Below, piece by piece: positions 23,588-35,990 of a DNA stretch of 64,000 nt. How positions within the stretch are numbered: position 1 is the stretch's first letter; each line of letters opens with the position of its first letter. Source of the DNA: Dicyema japonicum (lineage: Eukaryota > Animalia > Dicyemida); assembly GCA_011109175.1 (NCBI GenBank), contig RDEW01000063.1:100965-164964 (forward strand). Direction: 5' to 3'. Below the pieces are notes generated by a model, which saw only the letters and a program-made list of their open reading frames with translations, did no database searches and was not told the DNA's origin. A program made the translations under genes and the position numbers.

Positions 23588-24500
23588 CAGTGCTGGTAGA
23601 AAAAAACCGGTTTTGCAGTTACAAATTTTTTTAGGCTTATAGCTTTAATTTTTCAACGCAAATCAAAAAAAGTTAACAAAATTAACAGTTAGTAACTTGT
23701 ATCTCGATTATTTGACTTGAAGATCAAGTTTATTTTTTGCCTGGTCTAACGAATATTTTTACTTCTTTAATCAAAATATGCACTACTGGATTCATGTCGT
23801 AAGATTGTGGAGAATTGGATGTTATTTTCATCAAAAATCTTAGCTTTCCACACTGATCGATGACAGGACCCAAATACTGTCGAAAAGTATTTTCATTTTG
23901 TCCTATTTTTCTCCGAAATAACAAATTATTTGTTATTATATTTATATTTTTAGCGGAATTCAATGTTCCACTGACAAAAAGTAAACTTGCTAACTCGTTG
24001 AAAAAAGATACATCCTTTAACACCTCCTCAAACTGTCAGCGTTGTATGCCTCAATTCAGAATGTGAACTTTTTTTCGATAACAGAGTTGCCTTTTTAGTT
24101 AGAAGATCTAAAAAGATGCTTCATCAGAGAAAATAGAAGTTTTTATGCTCCATTATTATTTCGAAATAAAATTTCGGACAATTCAAATCTTTTTAATATT
24201 TTTTCGTTGATAACAACGGTTTACGTGGACATACTTTTCCAAATAAAAAATTAGAATTTAAGCTATCCTAATTGTCTTTCTGAGAGACTCTTACTAGTAA
24301 AATGTTTTTTTTATTTCTCAAAGTGTTCCAATATTTTTTTGATCTTCAATGTCTGTAATAGAAATCAATGCCTGTATTTTAAGCTTTTTAGGAGGTCCGA
24401 ACCAGGAAGCCTCTCAGAATTTCGATATTATTTGAATATTCGAAAAAAAAATCTCCAATTATTTTGTAACTGAAAAACCGATTTTTTTCCACTAGTTCAT
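23588..24500 (-). mobile_element. Tc1-like DNA transposon, degenerate, with TIRs
   Basis: Imperfect TIRs at 23588-23627 (CAGTGCTGGTAG..., like the CAGTGCTGG start of Tc1) and 24462-24500. Frameshifted transposase: RKPLLS, IFSDEASF, LFVSGTLNSAK, SPQSYDMNPVVH. Confidence 0.8.
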
Positions 24501-24789
24501 AAATTTTTTACTTTGAAGTTTCCATCATCAATTTAGTTTTCATGATGCATGACGAAAAATTTTGATAACATAGATTAGTTCTGGTGTCTGTTTTACTGGT
24601 CATATTATCAATCTAGCTACGGGTCTCTTTGCTTGCCCTGACCACCATGGCTCAATGTGAAAGTAATGGATTTTTGGGACCGTTCTGTCTTATTGCCTCG
24701 AATAACAGACAGCACCTACTTAGTCGTAAGACTATTTTTAAATGAAACAATATTTATTTATCATTAATTAATATTTGATTAATATATAA

Positions 24790-25130
24790 TTGTTGGCTGC
24801 AAGGTCTTCGTTATTCCAATAGTATTGACATATGAAGGAATTCCCACAAAGTACCACTAGGGTTATCTAAAGCAGTTGGCGGTAGTTAGTAAGCTCCAGA
24901 CCTATCTACTGTATATTGTATTAAAGAAACCCTAAAGAGCCTGACAGTGAGTATAGGAGGCATAGACGGAGATGCCATATGGGCAGAGGATTGGACAAGG
25001 CGCTCTCGGATTTGTTTCAGGAACCAGAATCAAACCTGCTTGCGGAGGCTGGCGAACAGGCAGGCGAGGAAGGTTGTTGATTATTATATCTTAACTTTTT
25101 ATTGTTGGTTAAATAAAGTGGGGGTAAATT
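24790..25130 (+). mobile_element. R2-superfamily (R4/NeSL-like) LINE, 3' fragment
   Basis: Nucleotide similarity to 17545-17868 including the 3' UTR ...gttaaataaagtg. Confidence 0.75.
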
Positions 25131-25176
25131 AATATATAAATTGTTAGTTAGCTAAACAATATCGGTACATGACAGC

Positions 25177-25441
25177 AGGCTCAATCGCTGCCATTATCAA
25201 GTTCGACTTCCCATAACTTATTAAAAAGGTTGACAGTAGAATAATTGTGGTTCTTTTAGTTTCCAGAGTTGCCAGATTGATAGTATCCACGTGATGGTGA
25301 ACCACAAAAATTGGCACAACGTTCCTCTACAATGCAGTGACTGACCGATCTATAGGAGCGACCAACATTTTCTCCGTCCTATCTAATAGCAGCTGCCCTC
25401 CTACAAGTTAGTGAGGCTGGGGTTACTCAACTAACTAACTA
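25177..25441 (+). mobile_element. I/Jockey-like LINE, short 3' insertion with (CTAA)n tail and TSD
   Basis: ACATGACAGC repeated at 25167-25176 and 25442-25451. Ends in caactaactaacta. TDL*ERP relic. 3' end resembles 52660-52708. Confidence 0.65.
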
Positions 25442-26289
25442 ACATGACAGCCTATGGAATCTAACGGGTTGTCATAGAGGAAGCACTGAAAATGTCCTTT
25501 AAAAACAACCATTATTTTAGAGAATTATAGCGAATCAATCGCCTTCTACAAAAAAATTAAAAAAAGTTGTTTCAGATATCCCAATTACTTTCCTAGCTCT
25601 TCTTAAATTCCTTAAATGTGGATTGAATAAGCGAGTAAAGGTCGAATATTGATTAATGTTTGTCTATGTTAAGACCCTCAGATATCATTGTTGTGTGCAG
25701 ATATGTTCCACGTGTATAATGGGCTCATTCCTCATCCGTACATTAAATAAAGGGATTTTTACTTATGTGTAAACCACATTGCCAAAAAAAGAGTATTTAT
25801 TTGAATTGAGAAAAAATCATATATTAATCATAAACTGTGTCCCAGTGGAAGCATTACGATCTACTAAAAGAATCGTCTCCACATCGTAGAACTCCCATTA
25901 GGATTCTTCTCAAAATACAGCAAGGTCACTTCCTGAGAGCAGTTTAGTAGCTGGTGAGAAACTCAAGAAGAGTTGGGAACTTTTGAAGGATAGAGTCACC
26001 TAATCAGTTGGTTTAACATTTCTTTCTTGGTTTCTTAATTTAATAATAATGTGATCATCAGCACACCCCCGACGTAATCATTACTCATTGGAGAAGTTAG
26101 GGAAAATTAGTTAAGTTGGAGACATTCTGAAAATAATTTTGCTTCTGTTTCAAGTAAACAATAAAGTTTGAAATAAGCGACGAAATAAAGTCTTCTCAAA
26201 GTTATCCATCCCCTCTCCTGCCGAAAGTCAAACGGATCAGGCTTTAACATCAATGCATTCCAGTTTATAAAGTATGGTTTCGCACATGC

Positions 26290-26400
26290 CAAGTTTTCGA
26301 CTATTAGCCTTTTCCATCCATTTGTCTTCTTCCTTGCCTACTGATTTCGTCAAGATCATCTGCATCCATAAGTCACCCCCATCCTCCAAAACGCTTATCT
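26290..26400 (-). mobile_element. RTE-like 3' relic
   Basis: DADDLDEI...GWKRLI resembles the RTE C-terminus. Heavily decayed. Confidence 0.4.
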
Positions 26401-28156
26401 GTGGAACTAAAAAAATTTATGAAATCATTTTGATAACAGCGTCACCACATTATTGGTTTACTTAAATATTTGTAGATAAAATAATATTTAATAAAACCAG
26501 ACGAACAAATTCAAAGATAAATAGAAACAGAAAAAATACCACATAGACGAGAACCAAAAGGACATTCAAAAGCGCTATTTTAGTAATATGGTTTACCGTA
26601 TATTAAATTAAATTTTGTAAATTATTAAATTAAATAATTTATTTTCATGTAATAATATTTTCATATATCTTCGAATTTAAAATTTTTCTCTTTGGCTGAA
26701 CGCAGTGTGCGATTACATCGAATGTGACTGTATGGCATTGATCCGAAAAATGGACTTTATAGAGAAGGTCAATTCTCCAACCAGATCCCACCCATGATGT
26801 GACGAGTCCTTCTTACACTACTCAGATATTAAAAGGATCTCCTATCTTTTCACTGACGAACTACACTTGTGAAGCTTTTCTTCATGACAGTATACGACAC
26901 TCAAATGACATTTTGGAATCAGTAGCTTATGCTTTCTAGGAGTTACGGCTGAAAAATGCGGCAGTCTGAAAATATTAACATATGTGAGCGTCCTAACAAT
27001 GATCTACTCAACAGGAAATATTATTCTCACAAGTCACCATTAGCCTGAGAAATATCCATAAACGGAAAAAAACATAAACCGAATACTACCCGAATGGTTA
27101 GTGTTACAACTACAAAAATTCATACTCTCGTGATTAGTATATGTAACTGTTCATTAATCTAAAATAAAGTGCATTTGTCTTGTCTTTAAGAGCTATAAGT
27201 ATTATGGATCTCATGAAAGTGCTGTTTATTTACTGCTATTCGACATATCTGTAAAAGCCTAAAAACAAATGAATTTTTTAACAACAATGAAAAATGTGTA
27301 ACTTAATAATTGTCTACTTATGAAATTTTTAATATAGAATGCGGTGTAGTTTACATTTTAAAAAACGCATTGGTGTTTATTGCATCAGTCTATCAGGACC
27401 AGGTAGCAGTGGTTAGTGCGGTCGCTTGTGTCGCAGTTTATTCAGTTGGTCAAGAACGGTTGTTGGATTCTGAAACCCCCAGTTAAAATATTCCTGGCAC
27501 CCCTAGTTAACAGAGAGAAGAGGAATCCCAGAGGAGCAAGATAATTGTCAAGAAATATAGCATATAACTACTAATTTCTCGTTGTAATAAAATTGTTCAT
27601 TGTTCATTGTCTCAATTAATTGTGTACTCGATTTGAAGTCGTAAATACTAAATTTAGGCTTATTTCGATAGACGGTTGTAATTTTTCCAAATTTGTTGTT
27701 AATTGTCTATTTGGTAATATATTCAATTTTTTGTAGGAAATCCATCTTTTAAAATTGTTTTCTCTCTTTGCAAAGCGGTAAGAATAGGAACTTGAACCAC
27801 TCCAGTTAACTGAGCTTGATTCGTATCTCTGTTGGTCCTTTAGGTTTTTTATGAAGATATACCAGAGTATGCTGCTAGTTTTACCTACAGATTACAACCG
27901 CCTTTGAATTCCAGGTTCCGAATCCATTATGATTTTGTGTCTATAGTTGTCCAGTCGATCTCTGAATGATTTAATTTAGCTGTCTGTCTCAGTCCCAAGT
28001 CATCCAAACGATCAAATCTTCAGATAGTCAACACTTTTTCTGTAAACTGGCAAAACCGGTTCATTCAAGTCCTGTAAGGCGATACTTTGTTAATAAAATA
28101 AATTGAGGAAGTATATTTTGTGAATTCCTTATATTGATTTACGCGGTCCACGGAAA

Positions 28157-28163
28157 TATATAA
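28157..28163 (+). promoter_or_regulatory. Candidate TATA box for the acidic ORF
   Basis: TATATAA about 30 nt upstream of ATG 28189. Weak evidence in AT-rich DNA. Confidence 0.3.
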
Positions 28164-28188
28164 GCGATTCTTGTCAACTTCGAACAAA

Positions 28189-28566
28189 ATGTGCCGCGGT
28201 GATGATAAGAATACAAAGAATAAACTTAACATAAATTTCATATTACCTGAGGAAGAAGAATTAGCAAGCGAGAATGACCTTAACGACGAGTTCCCCCAGT
28301 TTTACATAGATGATTCAGAACTGCAACAAATTCTGCAACCTGACGAGTCATTCATTTCATGGAGTGATGATGAGGACAACTGGGAGTTTGACGCGTTGCT
28401 AGATATTAACAACGCCTATATTATGTCACAAGTTGAGAAGACTGAATCGGAGAAATCCAGAGATGAATGCAACGTTGATGAATCATTTAATAGCTGCGAG
28501 AAAACCGAAGAATCTAATGATTCAAATGATAAGTCTAAGCCGGAAATAAGTGACATTGTCGAATAA
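28189..28566 (+). CDS. Intact intronless 125-aa highly acidic protein of unknown function
   Basis: Open ATG-to-TAA frame with 37 of 125 residues D/E, set between AT-rich flanks. No TE motifs recognised. Confidence 0.6.
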   Translation: MCRGDDKNTKNKLNINFILPEEEELASENDLNDEFPQFYIDDSELQQILQPDESFISWSDDEDNWEFDALLDINNAYIMSQVEKTESEKSRDECNVDESFNSCEKTEESNDSNDKSKPEISDIVE

Positions 28567-29099
28567 CTTTATTAATTTAATTTATTTTTTTTAATTCATT
28601 TTTATAAATATTTTTGAATATTTATTTATTCATGCTAGTTTTCTTTCACTTGAAGTGGCAGGATGTAAAGAAGTATGTATTCCCTTAATTTATAAGCTTT
28701 ACAAGAAGTCTACATCGAATGCCATATCATCGACTTTTAGTTTTTGTGAAAGTTCCTAGGGAAGCTTATATTGCCAACAAATGGGAAATGAACCTCATTT
28801 AGACTCCGCAATTAGTCAGTCCGAATGTGTGTTAGTTTCACCCTGCATTAAAGGACTCTGCACGTAGTCTGAAAATAATTTGACTTTGATCCCCATTTTA
28901 ACTTAATGACATGTGTTTTCGAGTAGGAGGCTTATTAGTCGTGTGTTGTCTGGGTTGCTAATTTCTTCAGAACCTTAATTAACTTCCTTCCTTTGATTTT
29001 TGACAAAAACAGTTGTTCATTGTTGGCTCGTCTGAGAGAAAGAATCGTGGAACATAAGAAGATCCAATTCAAGTTTAATTTTCAACAAGTAGGGGAAAA

Positions 29100-29715
29100 C
29101 CAGGGTGTTGGTTGCCAGTTTAATTGAAACCGAATATGATCTCATGTAAAGATATCTGCATGGTGCAATGCCCTGCCCAAACTTAGGGGACTCTTTTGGA
29201 CGACAAATTTTGAGGATTGGAATCGGACAAAGGTTAGGACTATATGATTGCTAGGAGCACCGATGCCGATGCTGGAAAATGGTCGATGCGAAGGGATTGC
29301 ACCCGCTGTCCTGTAAAAGATGCGCCGGAAGAGGACCACATAAAGCTGCTCTGAAGGATGTTATCTTCAAGGCTTTGAAGACTACAGGTATCCCATAAGA
29401 GCCTGAACCAGTGTGCCTCGATCGAGGAGATGAAAAGAAACCTGACGGGATGACCAATTTTCATTACACATCCGGAAGATCTTTGTCTGAAACGCAACTT
29501 GTTTTGGCAAATATTTAAGCACGACTCTATTCAAATCGATTCAGACTTTTGGAGCAGCTGCTGCAACTGGGAAAAACTAAAAATCAAGAAATTTTCTTTC
29601 CTCGTGGACTGATACCGATTTACTCCTGTTGTTGTCAAGTCACAGGTTTGCAGGCAGTAAGTGAAGACATGTGCAGGAAATGAAACGTCCAACGTACGAC
29701 ATAGATAGAAACTTT
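29100..29715 (+). mobile_element. CRE-like LINE, 3' fragment
   Basis: RLGL...HRCRC..VDAKGLHPLSC...ALKTTGIP*EPEPVCLDRGDEKKPDGMT, the CCHC plus RLE region typical of CRE-clade elements. Confidence 0.75.
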
Positions 29716-29732
29716 TTCCTTTAACCCAGTTA

Positions 29733-30054
29733 CCCGCGTGGCATAGTTGTTAGGTGTCGGGCAAAGTGGCTTAGGTCACGGGTGCGATTCTCGCAGGTGT
29801 TCACCTGGTGGAAAGTTCCACGCATATACGATGCGGAAAGGGCTTGACGAGTGACGCCATCATCAGTGGAGATTCACTGCGTAACTGGATAATCAAAAGA
29901 AAAAACCAAAGAAGTGAACAGCATTCCTTGGTTCACCCTCTACGATTAGTTATAATAACTGTTCTTTACTTAAATAAAATATGTGTTCTGCACATGCGAA
30001 ACCCTAGGCATTTTACGTGCTTTTGGCAACGCGGTAGTGCTTAATTTTTTTAAT
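29733..30054 (+). mobile_element. tRNA-derived SINE, copy 1, with 13-bp TSD
   Basis: A-box-like TGGCATAGTTG and B-box-like GGTGCGATTC, T-rich end. TTTAACCCAGTTA at 29720-29732 and 30055-30067. Confidence 0.75.
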
Positions 30055-30289
30055 TTTAACCCAGTTATCATGAGGTAATGAAATAAATAATAAACTCTTG
30101 CGCATTCGATTCAAGCATCCATTCTTTGCTGAATAAATAACATAAAGATCGAAGATAGCCAAGAAAAGTACTTAAAGTTAGAAGAAGAAAGACTTTTGGA
30201 ACAAAATACTCTTCAATGAATCATTGACCAATAATCCGTAAAAAAGGGAGTTCAACTTGAGCTTTTGGTTATACTCTAAATACGTGCTT

Positions 30290-32545
30290 TTGTGGCCTAA
30301 GTAAGGTGACGTCATGTGACTCGCCATTTTCAATATTTTACCAAATCCAGTTTAAAAATAAAATCTTCTTTCTCACGTCCAACTGTTCTTTTTCTGTGGG
30401 TACCCTAAATGTAAGAGGACTCAATCCAACATATAAGAAGCTTCAGCTGTCACGTGATTTGGATCACTATAAAGTATCAGTATGCTGCCTACAGGAAACA
30501 AAAATAGACATGCGGGTGGGAAATTATCATTTGATTAGCCTTCCAACAACGTGTCGTCACTATGGTCTTGGATTTGCTATTCATCACACATTGTATAGTC
30601 GTATATCTTGGATGTGGGTTGTTACAGACAGGATTGCGGTACTGCAAATCTGGTAGGGAAGCAAACCAAACTCTACAGTGACAATCATCAACTTATACGT
30701 CTCGACTGGAATCAGGGAATCTGCCAATCCAGAAGAACTAGACAAACCCAATGAGACACAAGACGACGTGGACTGGAACTAAGAAGGATTTGCAAGGAAA
30801 TTACATGAAAATATATAATCAAATTGACTACATACTATGCAGACGAGGTCACAAACATCTCCTCGTAGACTCCAGGTCATTTGGAGGATTAGAGACAAAT
30901 AGTGATCATAAAATTGTGGTTACTTGCATTGGACTATACAAAGTCCATAACCAAATGAAAACACCTTCCAATAAAAAGCAGGAGCAATATGATATCCAAT
31001 TATTACATGACAAGTCAACTCAACAGAAATATGCGTATCAACTAAATCTTGAACTTAATGATATCGACGAAACTAAACCTGTTCATATTATTTGGGACAA
31101 AGTCGATAAAAGGTACAGCATGTGATGTGTTGGGAAGTATTACAAAAGCCCGTAAATTTTACAATCATGATATTTGCGTCCTATCAGAAAACCAGAAAGC
31201 CTTGAGATTGAAGATAGAAAACTCAAGGTCTCCAGAAAAGGCCAAGGAACTTCGGCAACAACGAAACCGAACATTATTAAAAATCAAGCAAACTCAGAAA
31301 TTCCTAACAGCAAAAGAAATAGAAAAACAAATTGAAGACATTGAAAAATATAAAGATGGAGTGAAAATGTTCAAAGCTATTCAATTAATTAATAAGAAAA
31401 AGAGGGCAAGCTCCATAATAATCAATGACATCCTTGGCAGAATAATTATAGATGAAAAGGACAAAGCAGCTACTATATCTGCTTATTACTATCATATGCT
31501 CAACTGGGACAACGAAATAGGCTATAAATTTGGTGCACAAGTCAAGCATGGTTTGGACATCCCAATAAACAAACAAGAAACACTGAATGCAATTAAAAAA
31601 TTGAAAAATGACAGATCGGCAGGACCAGATAATATCCCAGCCGAACATATAAAATATGCCCCAGTGAAGTTGGTAACAATCATTACCAATATACTCAACA
31701 AAATTTTTAAAGAAAACACTACGTTAGACATTGGCAAGGGTTGGTTAATTCCACTGCAAAAACAGGGAAAACCCAAAGGGCTCCTTTCCAACCTAAGACC
31801 AATCATCCTACTAACTACGCTGCATAAAATCTTGTAATTACATTGGAAAGAATCAAAGACAAGGTAGAGTATTTTCTGTCACCAGGACAAAGTGGTTTCC
31901 GGTCAGGCAGATCCACTGCCGATGTCATTTGGACACACAGATGGTCAAGTGCTCTATGCCAAAAATATAAAAAGTGCATAGATGTTCTCGGAATAGACAT
32001 GTCCAGAGCGTTTGCATAGATGTTCTCGAAAATTCTTAACTATCTGGCGTTCTAAGAAGAGCATAACTACGAATTCAAAGCTAAAATTGTATAAAAAATT
32101 CGTGACATACAACATGGAGGATTACGAAACGGGAAATGGACAATCTTGATCAATTTCATAGAAATCAACTAAGAAACATCTTGAGAATACATTTCCCGAA
32201 AAAGATATCAAATTAAGAACTGTACAAAAGATGTGGCTTAAGGCCATTATCAGAGGAGATTCACAAGGCTAGGTGGAGACTTTTTGGTCACATCTTACGA
32301 ATGGATATGTTGACTCCACCAAACATTGCAATGGAGAACTATTTCGCACAACTGAAGGGATCATTCCGTGGCAGGCCTAGAGTGACGTTGCCTTCAATAG
32401 TAAATGATGACCTAATCAGAATAAACAAAACTCGACGAAATGGTAAAGATCTTGACTCACTACGAGCAATGGCCCGGAACAGGGGAACATGGAAGAGGAT
32501 GTGTGGGAGGATATTTGACGTGGCACAAGGGGAACTTAATTAGTC
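30290..32545 (+). mobile_element. RTE-clade LINE with internal deletions
   Basis: GTLNVRGL, CLQETK, NQIDYIL, SDHKIV, AGPDNIPAE, NLRPIILL, QSGFRSGRSTAD, GIDMSRAF, then a jump to the C-terminus RWRLFGHILR / FRGRPRVTLP. The YADD core is absent. Confidence 0.92.
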
Positions 32546-32680
32546 TAATTAATTTTTGAATTCCCGGGAGTGCTTAAAAAATAAAAAAATATCTATAATT
32601 TATGAATCTACCATACTAAATAATAAACCACAACAACAATTAGTAAAATAGTTAATGGAAATTACTCAAATGTGTTAATT

Positions 32681-34920
32681 TTAATGATGGTTGATGTAAT
32701 TCTAAATTATAAAAATAACAACATTGTATTTTCTTTGAAAAATCTCAGCATAGTCATGGATCTCTTTCATATTGGATAGTAAACATACAGTCTCAATTTT
32801 CATAATAATGTTATGAGAAACAAACATGTCCATAATTAAGGAATTATAATACGAAAATGTTAGATTGGTACATTCCCACACAGCCAAAAGCCAAATTCGT
32901 TCATCTGTGTTCACATTTAATAAATTTATCGTTGACTCCATTGACCTTTGGAAATACCTAGGAAATACCTCATATCTAAATCAACAGAAAATATCGTATC
33001 TTTGATTTTACTGGTGATAAGATAATCAAGCTTTTTTATAAACTGAACAATTTTTTCTAAAATGTGTCACGTGGATTCAAATCGCTAAAATCAGAATTCA
33101 AAAAAGTAGGAAAAATATCATTTGGATCACATAATATCTGGCAGATACATCTATAGAAAAAATAGGTGACATCAGTAGAACGGTTTGAGTATTCAATTTC
33201 CCTTTTCAATAAATAAAAATTTTACAATATAAAATCTAGTAGACGATGAGTCCTTATTAAATATCTGGTGTTTGAGGATTTAGCCATATTTTCCACAATT
33301 TTAATTAAAAGAATTAATATATAATTGTCTTCATAGGTAGACAAAGAAAATCTGTCGAAAAAATAATAAATATAATAAATTCACTATAATGGAGAAACAA
33401 ATTCACATTCTTTTCATTTTCGTCTACAAAAATATATTTTAAATACCTAGAAAGACACTTCAACAAACTAAAACGGAGTATATTATTTTTGTCATCTTTT
33501 TTAAACTGTTCAACGCATGACTAAAAATTTATTGTTCTTAAAACTTTGACAGTCCTTCAGAATAGCCAAGATAGGCAAGAAGATCTATACTCAATTTTTT
33601 TACAACACAACGAGGATGACGATAAAAAGCATTTTTCAGTAGTGAAGTTTTATTAACACAATTGAAAGTGCAGTAAGCTAAAAATAAAAAGTAACTTACA
33701 AAAATAGATATCTCCCACGGTTTAAAATCATCCAAAAACATACAATAAAGATAGTATTATATTACACATATCTTTATACGTAATAATGTCATGAAAAGTA
33801 TCAAAATAAAACTATGGATGAAATCTACATATACCATGTATTAACATATGAATTGGTTGATTTATGATTATGTTGGTTAGAATATTCCTGAAATTAAAAT
33901 ATTAAATTACAGAATTAAAATATAATACAGATATTTACAATCATATAAAAAGCGACGGAGAAGCTAAATTTATATTTTAAAATACTCTCAAAAATGGTTT
34001 TAATAATTTATTTTCAATTTTAAATTTAAAACTAATAATCGACTCAAAACACCCGCCAGTAGATCAATGTCATTCAAACGTAGAGCAGATCTGACTAGGT
34101 TATTTAAAGTTGAAACCGAATCATTCTATATTCTTTAATATAAATACAGAATCGGTTATATTTTTACTGAAATTTAAAATTTTCAATAACTTTGTTAACT
34201 ATTTTAGTTTTCTTTTTTTAATAAAACATCCAGATAAATTTACGTCCAGATAAAAAATAAGGTTCTAGGCATTGTGAAAAAAGAATAGAAATTACTGTCA
34301 CATCCATTGCAGTGAAAATAACTTATATGTATAAAATGTCTAAAATTGAGAGAGAATCTACCTCAGAGACTCTGGACTGTTTAGGGTTGAAATAAAATTA
34401 TCAAAATTGGAAATAAAAACATCGTGAAAATTTATTCGTTCAGTTTTTCTATTATTTTCAATGTACTGTTAATTTTGGTTTTTTTTACCGAGTCAACGAG
34501 GGAGAGATACTTTATTTTTCTAATCCAGTCATAAATAACTGATTTAGCAAATCTGGGTCATCGTATTTAGAGAGTGTGAATGATTTAACGTTATTCGATA
34601 AATACGGTAGTTCAGGATTCTTTTCTGATGAAACAATCCTTCTTATTGTAATATTTGATAAATTTGGATAAACTTGAATCATGTTAACAACCTTCTTAAT
34701 GTCAACATTCTTATTAGTTAACTGGATGCAAAAAATGTCTTTCTGCACTACATCTGAAATTTTATTTAAAAATGAATCTTAAAAAGTAGATCTCTCTTAG
34801 AGTGAGGAATCAAATATTTCAATTCGTTAAGAGTTCATTTGGAAATCATTTTCTTGGATTTATCGCTTAATTTTATATATTTTTGTTCTTTAACGTTCGT
34901 TTCGAATATGATTGATGCAT
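32681..34920 (-). pseudogene. Multi-exon host gene or genes of unknown function with tiny introns (disrupted or mis-assembled)
   Basis: GT-AG introns at 32702-32722 (21 nt), 33202-33225 (24), 33424-33446 (23), 33521-33544 (24), 33678-33699 (22) and 34466-34488 (23). Most join long open frames. Residual stops and frameshifts remain, including an 11-nt tandem duplication near 32950-32970. Confidence 0.55.
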
Positions 34921-35009
34921 AATGCATATAATAAAGGTGTTTCCAATAATTGATGACCTTAATATAAATTTAATTTAATTTTTTATTTGAATTTATAAAT
35001 TTGTTTATA

Positions 35010-35990
35010 TTATTTATAATAAGTAAATAATCTTTTCGATTTCAAAGATGTTATACCTAGTAATCGTTCAACATGGCTTTCAAATCTTCTTCTGCGACCA
35101 AATTTCTTAGGATCTATATATTATATATAAATCATTCAAATGAATCAAAAATCTCTATGGATGGAGGTTGGGCTGTTAATATCTCATAAACATACTCTCT
35201 ATCACAATTGTGTCAATATAAATCAACGTAAGTTGGGTTCCATTTTCAACTTTCAGTTCAGAATAATAATTATAAAACTCTTTTATATTAATTCTCCATG
35301 TTCTCATATAAAATGGGATGCTAACATGTAGCTCTGTCTTATTGTATTTAGTTTGTTCCGTTTGGATGAGTATATCGCTTAATTATTATGAATATTATTA
35401 TCGCATTCCTTTAATTTTGTAGTCACAAAGTGCTGTCATATGCAGGCAGAGAATTAACAATGACCAAGATGAGGACTTTGATAGAGCGAATCGGAATCAT
35501 GAAATAGTTTGTGCTTGGACATAAATAAATTACATTTTCCATGTCTTGGTACTTTGGTTAAAGATTTATTTTCCATTATATAGGTGATAGTATTGATCCT
35601 TCGCCCACTTACAAAAATAAAAATCGATTCAGCAGGATTTACTGGATTCCAACAAATGGATTTAACACCTAAATTAACTACTGGATTACATGGATGAGAG
35701 GCAAGTAACATACTTCTGGAAGATGAGTACATCGGGTAGGGTTGATCAAATTTAATTATTAAGCTAATATTGTTAATCATAAAATATTGCCAACTCTCAG
35801 AAAAGCCGCTAAAACTAGGGTCAACGATTTTCACGTCAAATAATGATAGTTCAAAGAAAGCAGCAGAGATCCTGAACAACTATTAATTTAAATTAATTTT
35901 AATATATTCAACCAAAACCACCGTCAAATCTAAAATAACCAATTTCAGGTGATCTCAGCTTCCCTCAACAATCTCCGCATCTTTTCTCAT
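35010..35990 (-). pseudogene. Degenerate host gene with a 141-codon open frame, weakly E2/UBC-fold-like
   Basis: 35454-35879 is open. LIIKFDQPYP...HPCNP...G..IC.WNP resembles the spacing of the UBC core. Further protein-like frames at 35010-35340. Confidence 0.35.

Noticed and set aside
27400-27480. Second tRNA-derived SINE head (gtggttagtgcg, also near 18203)
   Set aside because: About 15 bp of similarity, no clear B box and no shared body.
35460-35700. Plus-strand gene with Trp-rich exons
   Set aside because: Needs several stops read through. The opposite strand has a 141-codon open frame.
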